Shown: positions 8,861 through 17,407 of the stretch, piece by piece
Position numbering within the stretch: position 1 is the stretch's first letter
Layout: every line of letters starts with the position of its first letter
Virus record (IMG/VR): IMGVR_UViG_3300006736_000008
Coordinates: 1-48,820 of that record
Reading direction: 5' to 3' (one strand)
Length of the DNA: 48,820 nt
DNA from: a virus
Lineage: Duplodnaviria > Caudoviricetes
The notes under the pieces: model-generated
What the model was told of the DNA's origin: nothing
What the model saw: the letters and a program-made list of their open reading frames with translations, nothing else
The model's database searches: none
Program-made: the position numbers and the translations under genes

Positions 8861-9612
8861 TAAAATGGAACCGCCATTATTCTGTGCCAATCGGCACTCA
8901 CCCCCTGTTTCAGACCTTTGGTTTTATCTGGTCGGTGTGTCACCACATCACCGAAATACTCTTTCAATAACTGGGTCGCTGCCCTCTCATTCTCAAAGGT
9001 TCGGTATTCAGCCAGACCGCCGGGATTCTGCCAAGTCAGATTGAATGTCAGCCCCACTCGCAAATCGACAAAACAGAATCGGTTATCGTGGGCATTCATA
9101 GCAGAAAAGAAAAAATCCTCAGCTAAATCGGCTTCAGGCGGTACGTCCACTTCCCACCCTTTCAGTAATCCGATTGTACTACCCCTTACGAATCCTGATA
9201 GACGGAATGGCCTCAGTGGACTGTAGATACGGTTATCAGGTGTCGGGTTGAACCCAAACAGATGACAACCCATTTCCTTAGCAGCATTACCTGTGGACTG
9301 AACCAAGTCATAAGCGTCCTTGGGTGACAGTTTATGTGGTGTGAATGATTCTGGTGCTACCCAAAGCCTTCTGAAAGCCGATACATCATCGTCGGGCAGG
9401 AATACATCACCGAACTTCTTGTATATCCAGATGCGTTTCCTGCCAAGACCCTTCAGGCTGTCTGGATGAATCACAAGCTCTGCGTCGGGATTATATTCTT
9501 TATAAAGCGCGGCCTGAGATTTAGGAACACAGATTTTGGCGTTGGCAATACACTTATGAGTCAATACGTGGTCATGGCGTTTGTGCGAAGGAATTACGAC
9601 TTTGATTTCCAT
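8860..9612 (-). CDS. GT-A glycosyltransferase, TAGT/GREB1-like family
   Basis: VVIPSHKR, DDDV, EDFFFS and NPGG motifs; adjacent to ParB-like gene. Confidence 0.75.
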   Translation of the reverse strand: MEIKVVIPSHKRHDHVLTHKCIANAKICVPKSQAALYKEYNPDAELVIHPDSLKGLGRKRIWIYKKFGDVFLPDDDVSAFRRLWVAPESFTPHKLSPKDAYDLVQSTGNAAKEMGCHLFGFNPTPDNRIYSPLRPFRLSGFVRGSTIGLLKGWEVDVPPEADLAEDFFFSAMNAHDNRFCFVDLRVGLTFNLTWQNPGGLAEYRTFENERAATQLLKEYFGDVVTHRPDKTKGLKQGVSADWHRIMAVPF

Positions 9613-10316
9613 AGTTCAATAAACTCCTCAAAGGGCATTACCCTTCCAATACCTACATTACTGTTCTTGTACGACTGCTGTTTTTTCAGAGCAAAGATTT
9701 CCTGCAAATGAATAAAATCCATCTGGTTCTTGCAGAATATCAGGACGTAATCGTACTTTTCGTTATAACGTGGAACAATCGGGAATTTACACTTGGTCTT
9801 GCCTGTGTCCTCGTCGATTTCGGGTACTACCTCGCCTTCTTCACCTCCCATCAACTCAGCTTCGGTCAGTTCGCCCCTAAAGCCAGACATATCGAGTTCT
9901 TCCAGAACAACATTGTTTTCCAGAAAATCAAGCTCAATGCCCTGCTCAAGCATGAATCTCTGTAATCCTTCGATTGTCGGGATAGCATACTGGCTGCTAT
10001 AGACCAGAACGTATTTACAGGCTTCCTTTTCGTCTTTACAGTCGATAAACTCAGCAGGGAATTTTTCGGGTACGGTATAGCCTTCAGATTCCAGTTCGGT
10101 CATGCACTTGATACGGTGAACTCCATCGAGTACAAGTATCTCATTTTCGTTCTTCTGCCAGACCTTAAAACTGGCTGCAAAGCCGGAGTTGATTAAGGAT
10201 TCTTTCATCTTCTGCTCACGGTGTGTGGGCATTTGCTTAAAACCTTCGGGCTGAAGGATAATAAGTTTCTTCCATGCCACCTTTATCGTTTTCAGGATAC
10301 GGTTTTTAATCTCCAT
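9594..10316 (-). CDS. ParB/Srx-like N-terminal domain protein
   Basis: VLDGVHRI motif; acidic linker and small C-terminal domain typical of phage DNA-modification-linked ParB proteins. Confidence 0.78.
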   Translation of the reverse strand: MEIKNRILKTIKVAWKKLIILQPEGFKQMPTHREQKMKESLINSGFAASFKVWQKNENEILVLDGVHRIKCMTELESEGYTVPEKFPAEFIDCKDEKEACKYVLVYSSQYAIPTIEGLQRFMLEQGIELDFLENNVVLEELDMSGFRGELTEAELMGGEEGEVVPEIDEDTGKTKCKFPIVPRYNEKYDYVLIFCKNQMDFIHLQEIFALKKQQSYKNSNVGIGRVMPFEEFIELWKSKS

Positions 10317-10318
10317 AC

Positions 10319-10453
10319 TTACCTCACTTTTTGGGCTTTCTGAAAAGCCAACATACGCTTCAGTCTTTCAAGTCGCCTATGCCATTTCGGTTTTGCTTTC
10401 GGTTTCCAGACCCTGATTTTCCGCTGACTATTCGGGCTTCCCATCGCCAGCAT
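10319..10453 (-). CDS. Possible short basic protein
   Basis: 3' part of the 10319..10594 ORF fills the gap between neighbours; start uncertain. Confidence 0.3.
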   Translation of the reverse strand: MLAMGSPNSQRKIRVWKPKAKPKWHRRLERLKRMLAFQKAQKVR

Positions 10454-10763
10454 CCGATTCGCTATCGCCGTCGGACAGGTTGAGATTTCCGGCTTCAGCT
10501 TCATCTGTTTCCTGAGTATCCGATTCTGTATTTGCGTTCTCCTCCGCTTCAAGCGGTGTTTCGGCAGGGTACGTGTGTGCTTCCAGTTTCGCAACCCTTT
10601 GCTCCATCTTGACGTTGTTTTCGGTCAGTTTGAAGAACTCCTCGCCCAGTACCTTCAAAATCGCCTTGGATTCCTGTTTCAAATCATAATGGACGTTCTC
10701 GTCCTCAACGATTTCAGTCTTTACCGCTGCTGTTATTGCGTTCAGATAACCTTCAAAACTCAT
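10428..10763 (-). CDS. Hypothetical protein with acidic C-terminus
   Basis: ATGA-coupled to upstream gene. Confidence 0.6.
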   Translation of the reverse strand: MSFEGYLNAITAAVKTEIVEDENVHYDLKQESKAILKVLGEEFFKLTENNVKMEQRVAKLEAHTYPAETPLEAEENANTESDTQETDEAEAGNLNLSDGDSESDAGDGKPE

Positions 10764-11257
10764 AATTTATCCCTTTCTATAAAATATGTTTGTTTTGCCA
10801 TTCCTTCCAGTTCGGACAATGGCACTAATATACCTTCGCTATGGTAGTCTTTGTTCTGGCTCTCTGCAATACCGAATTTGGGTATCCATTCGTGTAGCTT
10901 GCGTTTAACGTCGAGCATATCGACCACGATGATTTTACCTGTAGGTGGAATGAAGTATATCAGTAGTTGTGCTATCGACTTTCTGGCCCAACCGATTATT
11001 GATTTGCTTACCCCCTCTTTTACCACACTCTCGACTTCTATGAAGGCGTTCCCTGTTTCCGCTGCCCTGCTGTCGGCCTTGTATTCCACAGAGGCCCAAA
11101 CCGCAAATTCGTCGCACCAGATACGGTCAATGCCAAGTTTCTGTAAATCAGAACTGGCCTTGATTGTCTTGTATCGCTCAAAAAAAAAGTCGTCGAGAAT
11201 CTTTTCGTACTTTTCCCCCTCAGCTAATTTGGTCGCAAAATCATGGACTTGGTTCAT
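10760..11257 (-). CDS. PD-(D/E)XK-like nuclease-fold protein
   Basis: GID...VEYKAD...TGNAFIE motif. Confidence 0.65.
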   Translation of the reverse strand: MNQVHDFATKLAEGEKYEKILDDFFFERYKTIKASSDLQKLGIDRIWCDEFAVWASVEYKADSRAAETGNAFIEVESVVKEGVSKSIIGWARKSIAQLLIYFIPPTGKIIVVDMLDVKRKLHEWIPKFGIAESQNKDYHSEGILVPLSELEGMAKQTYFIERDKL

Positions 11258-11272
11258 TTGTTTCCTCGATAT

Positions 11273-11485
11273 AAAAAGGGCAAAGGGCGGTTGCAGGTTA
11301 CACCCTGCAGTAGTGTTCTTATGGTTTATAAGGTTCTGACATCAGGACTGTATCAATAATCGAACAAATAACCAGACACTCCTATGCTACGGGATTCAAG
11401 TTTCACGGCTTACCGCCTTTGCCATGCCGTGACGTTAAAATAATATGTCAGCCGGACTCAGCAAGCATAGCCTAGTCCGGCTGAC
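11273..11485 (-). ncRNA. Candidate structured ncRNA
   Basis: ORF-free gap; hairpin GTCAGCCGGACT/AGTCCGGCTGAC (11447-11485) and a ~145-nt unit closed by GGCAAAGGCGGT/ACCGCCCTTTGCC plus T5. Confidence 0.5.
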
Positions 11486-11498
11486 TTCTCAGGGATTA

Positions 11499-11993
11499 TT
11501 AAGAGGTATCGGTGTCGCCGTTTTTCAGGCGTTTGATTGTCAGATTTTTGCGTCTGGTATCAATCACACCGCCTACAAAACCGCCCACTCCAATCAGGCC
11601 GATAGCAGATGCTAATATCACACCCAAATCCACAGCACCGCCGGTGACTAGCGTTGTCGCCAGACCACCGGCAAGTTCAATCGCCTGTTTTCTGAACTCC
11701 AGTTTTTCCGTAAACACGCCTTCTATTGCTTCGATTCTGGCATTGTGTGAATCTATCTGCTCCTGTAATCTGACTCCGGCGGTTTCGTATTCTGCTATCT
11801 TCACCGCCAACGCTTCATCTTCTTCGATGACCTCAAGACGGAATTCAGTAGGTGTTACCTTTTCAGCCTTCAAGCCCGGCGCGGTAACTTCACAACTGGT
11901 CATGCCGATTACCACGACAAGTGCCAGAAGCACACCCACAATTTTCCATCTTTCATGGTCAACGAAATTCAGTAACCGATGCAGTACGTCCAT
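11499..11993 (-). CDS. Lipoprotein with C-terminal hydrophobic segment (unimolecular-spanin-like architecture)
   Basis: Hydrophobic signal ending GMTS-C, coiled coil, C-terminal hydrophobic helix then basic tail. Confidence 0.5.
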   Translation of the reverse strand: MDVLHRLLNFVDHERWKIVGVLLALVVVIGMTSCEVTAPGLKAEKVTPTEFRLEVIEEDEALAVKIAEYETAGVRLQEQIDSHNARIEAIEGVFTEKLEFRKQAIELAGGLATTLVTGGAVDLGVILASAIGLIGVGGFVGGVIDTRRKNLTIKRLKNGDTDTS

Positions 11994-12019
11994 AGCTATT
12001 CTCCTTTCTTAAATATGGA

Positions 12020-12430
12020 CTATCCGTAATAGCCTTTCGGCTCCTTCTTTTTATTTTTAATCTTATGTTTCTCGTAATAACTCGTAACCTCAGCGTTGTC
12101 GGTTGTCAGGAAATAAAGTCCCTGTTTTCCCGATACTGGAAATGGTTTCTTCAGGGCTTTCACGTTCGTTAAAACCCATGAATACGCCCCATGATATACT
12201 TCACATTTAGTGTCTGTTACATCTGCCTGTTTCATCTTGCGACAGGTACTTACCTTCGCCATAGCCAAAGCCATACCTGTTGGCCCTTGTCCTTCCGGTT
12301 TCTTGGTCGAACATATCAATATCGGCCCTCTGAAACGTGTAGGCCACCGGCGTGTTTCAATCTTCTTTTTGCCTTCGGCTATCATGCTGGCCCAAGGTTG
12401 ATGTAATGATATGGCTCTTACAGTCGGCAT
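12020..12430 (-). CDS. ASCH domain protein
   Basis: ISLHQPWASMIAEGKKKIETRRW...RGPILI...PVSGKQGL. Confidence 0.9.
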   Translation of the reverse strand: MPTVRAISLHQPWASMIAEGKKKIETRRWPTRFRGPILICSTKKPEGQGPTGMALAMAKVSTCRKMKQADVTDTKCEVYHGAYSWVLTNVKALKKPFPVSGKQGLYFLTTDNAEVTSYYEKHKIKNKKKEPKGYYG

Positions 12431-12431
12431 A

Positions 12432-12530
12432 TTAGCTCGCTATCGGCCTGGTTACTAAGGCATAAAACAATAAGCCTAAAAGAGTTAAGACGAAAAACCA
12501 CATGAAGAATTCAGTTAAATTGAACTTCAT
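12432..12530 (-). CDS. 32-aa single-TM peptide
   Basis: MKFNLTEFFMWFFVLTLLGLLFYALVTRPIAS with AGGAG RBS; below ORF-track cutoff. Confidence 0.6.
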   Translation of the reverse strand: MKFNLTEFFMWFFVLTLLGLLFYALVTRPIAS

Positions 12531-12571
12531 GGCCTTTCTCCTGATATATTTGGTATTCAGTTCATGCTGAC

Positions 12572-12580
12572 ATTATACCA
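12572..12580 (-). promoter_or_regulatory. Extended -10 promoter
   Basis: TGGTATAAT in intergenic gap; weak -35. Confidence 0.5.
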
Positions 12581-12609
12581 CATTTCAGGCTGTATCGCCA
12601 GTTTCCTTT

Positions 12610-12996
12610 TTAAGCTACTCGCCGGACTTCCTCCGGCATGGTCATACAATCTATTCTGGTTTCGTACACACGTTCAACCTCTATAAATGTTCTGTCTATG
12701 TCCTGATACCCACAATCACGCAAAACACACTGACCGCAAAAATGGTCAATCTCAACCATAATATGTTCAGGCATGACCGTACAGTAATGTCTTATTTCCT
12801 TATCAGGCTTCTTTTTTTTCTTCAAAAACTCCTGATACCTAGCCCACTTTACCTGATACCAAGCATAAGAGTATTTGTCAGGTTTTCCACGTATCGGGAT
12901 ACAGTCGGGGCTTGCTAAAACAGGAATGTACTTAACCGACACAATCCTTAATGACTCGCAATTCTTACAACACTGTTTCTTTTTGGTCATTTTCAA
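12610..12996 (-). CDS. Cys-rich hypothetical protein
   Basis: CCKNC...HYC...HFCGQC. Confidence 0.55.
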   Translation of the reverse strand: MKMTKKKQCCKNCESLRIVSVKYIPVLASPDCIPIRGKPDKYSYAWYQVKWARYQEFLKKKKKPDKEIRHYCTVMPEHIMVEIDHFCGQCVLRDCGYQDIDRTFIEVERVYETRIDCMTMPEEVRRVA

Positions 12997-13324
12997 ATCC
13001 CATCTTCAGCTGACCGTCTAAATCTGCAATCGCCTTCCGGTCGAAAAAGAAATTGCACTCGTCGGCAAAATTATCCTCCCTAGTCGGTATTAGCATCTCC
13101 AATATCCATTTAAGTTCACCTGCTCTTTTCCTCTTACCTTTGTCTTTGCTATGTGTTATCTGGTCGTAATTATGAACCTGATGGATATCCCAAATCGGAC
13201 AATCATCGTCCTCAGGACAATAATCGTCCTCAGGACAATAATCGTGTTTTTTCCAGTTTCGACATTCCATGCAATACTTTTCCTGATACCGCATACCTTC
13301 TGTGCCGTTGCTGAAGTAGGCCAT
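12965..13324 (-). CDS. Cys-rich conserved phage hypothetical protein
   Basis: MAYFSNGTEG..Y..KYC..C motif; GGAGGTG RBS. Confidence 0.7.
   Translation of the reverse strand: MAYFSNGTEGMRYQEKYCMECRNWKKHDYCPEDDYCPEDDDCPIWDIHQVHNYDQITHSKDKGKRKRAGELKWILEMLIPTREDNFADECNFFFDRKAIADLDGQLKMGFENDQKETVL
13205..13245. repeat. In-frame 18-bp tandem duplication
   Basis: atcgtcctcaggacaata x2 encoding DYCPED DYCPED. Confidence 0.85.
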
Positions 13325-13335
13325 AACTCACCTCC

Positions 13336-13872
13336 TTAATTCCAACTCATCGTTTTATCCATTCGCATCCAATACCGAGCTATTCCGATAGCATCGGCAG
13401 CATCACCGCCACTATCGTTGTCATAATCATAGTTCGGGTAAATCAGGCGTATCTCCTCCTGACGTTTCTTTTTGGGCCTACCCCTTGTCCAGATGTTTTC
13501 TTTGATACAGTGAATATCGCACTCGATACCTTCTGCACTCCATTTCTCGACTATGCAGTCGGCTGTCATCCAGACTATCGCTATCCCCATCCCATAGGTC
13601 GCCAGATTGGACATATTTCTTTTCTTGGCAATCCTTCCGGCGGTATGGCCCGATGTCCATTCGATTATGATATGTCTTGGCTGTGAACCACAGATGACTT
13701 CATGTATTCCAACCGACATCATCTTCAGTCGTTTTCTGATATCTTTGGCCTGTGGGATTACCCTACCTGCTGTCACCAAGCGGTTATCTCCCTGCAATAA
13801 AGCATAGCCGGTACTGGTACTAGATGGGTCAATTCCCAAGATTAACGGTGGTTTTGGTGGTCGTATAGCCAT
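13336..13872 (-). CDS. ruvC: RuvC-like Holliday junction resolvase
   Basis: ILGIDPSSTSTGYA, IIIE, DAADAIGIA. Confidence 0.85.
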   Translation of the reverse strand: MAIRPPKPPLILGIDPSSTSTGYALLQGDNRLVTAGRVIPQAKDIRKRLKMMSVGIHEVICGSQPRHIIIEWTSGHTAGRIAKKRNMSNLATYGMGIAIVWMTADCIVEKWSAEGIECDIHCIKENIWTRGRPKKKRQEEIRLIYPNYDYDNDSGGDAADAIGIARYWMRMDKTMSWN

Positions 13873-14460
13873 TTATTTTGTCGTTTCGTCTTTTTTCAGG
13901 AACATTTCTTTTTTCACCATTCGCTTGATATTGCTGTCCAAAAGCGATAAATGTGGTTCAAATCGGGCAGGATTCGCTTTAACAGCCCTGCATCCGATGA
14001 TAATACCGGCATGGTTCTTGCGGTAAATCATACCTATTTGTGGGTAGGATAATGATGTCCATTTCCTCAGCATGAAAAACAGCAGGTATCTCGCTCTGGT
14101 AATCGGTTTGGTTTTTGCTGCACTTCTTATCTTCCGTTCGGATATTCCAAGCCCTTCAATCACAGCGTTATGTATCACTTTCGCTCTCTCCAGATTATCT
14201 ATCATTGATTCTGCGTTTTTCGGTAACATAAATGGTATCAACTGGTTAAACAATTCTGACGTACTGGAAATGTAGTTGTTCTGGCGTAACCATTCCTGTA
14301 AAAGACAGGCTGAATCTCTTGGTAGTAGGACTGAAAGTTCTTCCTTTTCGCTCTTAATGTTCAACATCAGGTGCTTATTGCGGTGATTTGTGACGGTTAG
14401 TCGGCATGAGTTCTGGTAAATAAACGGTTTATTTTTGTCCTTCTGGAGTTTTTCGTCCAT
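13873..14460 (-). CDS. Protein with DnaA C-terminal (domain IV)-like HTH
   Basis: ITRARYLLFFMLRKWTSLSYPQIGMIYRKNHAGII matches the DnaA domain IV pattern. Confidence 0.75.
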   Translation of the reverse strand: MDEKLQKDKNKPFIYQNSCRLTVTNHRNKHLMLNIKSEKEELSVLLPRDSACLLQEWLRQNNYISSTSELFNQLIPFMLPKNAESMIDNLERAKVIHNAVIEGLGISERKIRSAAKTKPITRARYLLFFMLRKWTSLSYPQIGMIYRKNHAGIIIGCRAVKANPARFEPHLSLLDSNIKRMVKKEMFLKKDETTK

Positions 14461-14558
14461 GTATTTTCACCCTGTTAATAATCGTCAAGGCCCACTCTCT
14501 GATAGCCTGAAAGTGCTTATTTGCCCTTTTTTTTCTTTACTGAATCTCCTTAGATATT

Positions 14559-14616
14559 GCTTGTGTCGGGCAGTCGAGGAGAACCGTTGAGAACTTCCAA
14601 CCGCCCGAACACAAGC
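14559..14616 (-). other. Operon 3' hairpin with anti-RBS loop
   Basis: ~18-bp stem with G-U pairs that work only on the minus strand; loop GAAGTTCTCAACGGTTCTCCT. Confidence 0.75.
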
Positions 14617-14632
14617 GCAGGTGAAAATAAAC

Positions 14633-16420
14633 TTATGATGTCAACGGTTCCACCTTACCATTATCAACCCAATAATACTTTAACCATGCTTCGTCAAGTA
14701 TATTCGTCGGCTTATCCAGAACGGTGCTAATCAAAATGATGTTGTCGAAGTTGCTCGACCAAGCTGGTAAACGTTGGAACAAGTGGGTTTTGTAAAAGCT
14801 GTCCAGTATCTCGATTCCGTCCAATACCAGAATACCTATTCCCAAATTCCGGCTAAGTAGTTCTGACAAAAGGACTCCGGCCCGATATTTCTCACTGTCG
14901 CTTGCCGACTCTATTGGACTGCCCAAGTAAGTTATCTCTCCTTCGGACGAAAGCATCAGTCCTTCCATATCCCAAACCTTCAATAATACTTCATCGAATG
15001 GTATTGTCGCCAGTGCTTCGTTCGCTATCCGGCGCAAATCACCATCGGGCTTGAGTAGTTTGTCGAGCCTGTCCATTTCGGCTGACTTCTTGTCGTAGTT
15101 CTCGATGCTGGCTTCAATGCTCTTTTTTTCGCTTATGACCGCATCAAACCGTGATTTCTCCAAACGTAGTTTCTCATTGAATGCAATCATCTGGTTCACT
15201 TCGTTCAGGTCAGCGGTCAGTACAGGTATCCTTGCTCCTGCGTGGAACATATCGTCAAATGATTTGACATCTTCCTTGCTGTCTTTGATGGCCTTTTTGT
15301 AGGTTTCCTGTATTTCTTCGGCACTTTTCAACTCACCATGTTTGGTTTCCATTTTATTATCCAGAGTAGCTACCGCTTTATCATAGCTGTTGAAGTCTTT
15401 TTTGCATAATGTCACCTGCTGCTTGACCGCATCAATTAAGTTGTTCTTTTTTTCGGTCGCTATCTCACTGTTACAATGTGGGCAGAAGTCACCCATATCC
15501 TCCCATTTCTTCAAATCAGCCTCAAGCCGTTTCATGTGACCGTGTGCTTCAGCACCCTTCTTGTACAATTCCTGTGCCTGTTTCTGTTGGGTCTTTATCA
15601 GGTCTTTGAGGTTGGCGATATCACGCTTGTTTTCCTCAAGAGCCTTTTCCTGCTTAACGATGAATTTTTCGATTGCCTTTTTTTGCTCTAAAAGGCCATC
15701 GGTAGCAGGTGGATTATCTGGCAGAGTACCCAGTTCTTTCATATAGCTGTCACGTTCGTTTTGCCTGAGCCTGATTTTGTCGTCGATGTCGCTCATGGTT
15801 AGTTTGGTCAGGTCGAATGTTCGGGCATTATCACCTTCACCGATATCGACCACGCTGCTTGGTGCTGACATCTTCTTAGTGTTTAGTTCTTTGATAAGCC
15901 GACCATATTGCTGACGTTGTTCGATAGCCCAATCCTGTGCCGTATCCAGATTATCCCGACATTTATCATAAACCTCAGTGCCGAAACCGTTCATCTTGGA
16001 CAGGTATTCTTCAATCTTATCCGCTTGTGACGAGTGCGATAACAATGCACCGAAAACACGTTGTCGGTTCTTCGCATCCATCCCCAAGACATCTTGTGGA
16101 TTTATCGCCAACATCGCCGTTTCAGGGTCGATAGTCACCTTAGTGCCTTTCTTCTCAGTTCTGGCTATAACGCTTTCAGGTGTTTCCAAGGTGACGGAGA
16201 GAGTACCATCACCTGCGCGGCAAGCCAGTTGCGGTGCTTGGTTTTTACGATTAAAACCCCGATTCGGTACAGTACCACAAAGGCCAAAGGTGATGGCATC
16301 CCTCACGGAAGATTTACCCTGAGCGTTCGTACCGAGGAACACTGACACAGGGCTTGATAGGTCGATATCTGCATCCGGCAGACCAAGGAAATTTTTGACT
16401 TGCAACTTATTCAGTTTCAT
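14633..16420 (-). CDS. SMC/Rad50(SbcC)-like ATPase
   Basis: Walker A GTNAQGKS, long coiled coils, central CPHC zinc hook, degenerate signature SASDSE, Walker B ILVLDG. Confidence 0.85.
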   Translation of the reverse strand: MKLNKLQVKNFLGLPDADIDLSSPVSVFLGTNAQGKSSVRDAITFGLCGTVPNRGFNRKNQAPQLACRAGDGTLSVTLETPESVIARTEKKGTKVTIDPETAMLAINPQDVLGMDAKNRQRVFGALLSHSSQADKIEEYLSKMNGFGTEVYDKCRDNLDTAQDWAIEQRQQYGRLIKELNTKKMSAPSSVVDIGEGDNARTFDLTKLTMSDIDDKIRLRQNERDSYMKELGTLPDNPPATDGLLEQKKAIEKFIVKQEKALEENKRDIANLKDLIKTQQKQAQELYKKGAEAHGHMKRLEADLKKWEDMGDFCPHCNSEIATEKKNNLIDAVKQQVTLCKKDFNSYDKAVATLDNKMETKHGELKSAEEIQETYKKAIKDSKEDVKSFDDMFHAGARIPVLTADLNEVNQMIAFNEKLRLEKSRFDAVISEKKSIEASIENYDKKSAEMDRLDKLLKPDGDLRRIANEALATIPFDEVLLKVWDMEGLMLSSEGEITYLGSPIESASDSEKYRAGVLLSELLSRNLGIGILVLDGIEILDSFYKTHLFQRLPAWSSNFDNIILISTVLDKPTNILDEAWLKYYWVDNGKVEPLTS

Positions 16421-16438
16421 AACGGTTCTCCTGTATAA

Positions 16439-17407
16439 TTACCATAACTGATTCAACTTACCATTTTGGGGGGAAGCAGGGGGCTGCGCTTGATTGCCTT
16501 CCTCGCTCTTTACATCGGGGAGAGGTTCGGAAGTGCGGTTTGTTAGTGGTTCAGGCGCAGCCGCACCTGCTTGGGGGGCTTGTTCTTCTTCTGAAGTTAC
16601 CTTGCCGTCTATTATGTTTTCCGGCTCTGGTGCATCAGGAACGTCCAGTAAGTTCGACAGTTGGTCATCCATCTTATCTTCATGGTCTAATGCTCTGGCT
16701 AACGGTGACTCCACCGACATAGGCAGATATTTCGTGCCTCTGCGTACCAGTGTTTTCCGACACATTTCACCAAAATAGTTTGTCCAAGGGCCAACTATAG
16801 TACCGTCTTTGGTTTTACTTGGACTCGACTGCATAACCGACAGTAGTTGGCTTCTGGTCATAAAGTCAGAGTGTACCGAATCGTCACCACGTAACTTACC
16901 GACAAAGTAAGCACCGACGATTTTGTCGTCGTCAGGCTCCACTTTCAGGTTGCGAACGTGCCTTATCATCGGCTGATGGCCCAAAATGTATTCAAAGTGG
17001 TCAGCTTCACACTCATAGACAACCTCAGCCCTGATGAAGCCGATTTCGCCGGTGTTCCTTGCCAGTGTTATCAGTCCCCGATACCCGACAATCAGTATCG
17101 CTTCCAGACATCTGTTTTTGCCGTTCCAGAATGGTACTAGATAAGCCTGACCAAGTGTTCCGTCCGGCATAAGGCCCAGTGTCGCCGATTCGACAATCGA
17201 CTTGGCTATGCTGGTTGCGGTGCATTCCAAGAGTTTCGGGTTTCGACTTGCTGCCCTCTCAGCCACACCAATCATTTTTTCAGCGGTCAGATGTTTGGGC
17301 AGAAGTTTAGCCAGTTCGCCCTTCATGTAATCGCTGTAAAGTAGGTCACGAAGGTTCTTCCTTGTGACCAGTTTCGCTTCAACATTTTCAACTAATTGAT
17401 TTGCCAT
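16439..17407 (-). CDS. recT: RecT-family ssDNA annealing protein
   Basis: LGLMPDGTLGQAYLVPF, GYRGLITLARNTG, PWTNYFGEMCRKT, KYLPMS. Confidence 0.93.
   Translation of the reverse strand: MANQLVENVEAKLVTRKNLRDLLYSDYMKGELAKLLPKHLTAEKMIGVAERAASRNPKLLECTATSIAKSIVESATLGLMPDGTLGQAYLVPFWNGKNRCLEAILIVGYRGLITLARNTGEIGFIRAEVVYECEADHFEYILGHQPMIRHVRNLKVEPDDDKIVGAYFVGKLRGDDSVHSDFMTRSQLLSVMQSSPSKTKDGTIVGPWTNYFGEMCRKTLVRRGTKYLPMSVESPLARALDHEDKMDDQLSNLLDVPDAPEPENIIDGKVTSEEEQAPQAGAAAPEPLTNRTSEPLPDVKSEEGNQAQPPASPQNGKLNQLW

Noticed and set aside
9594-10316. ParABS plasmid-prophage partition system
   Set aside because: No ParA or parS seen; the ParB-like gene is coupled to a glycosyltransferase.
14440-14620. Small ORF in the SMC to DnaA-like gap
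   Set aside because: The coding-looking frame (RANKHFQAIREW...) has an in-frame TAA and no usable start after the AAGGAG.
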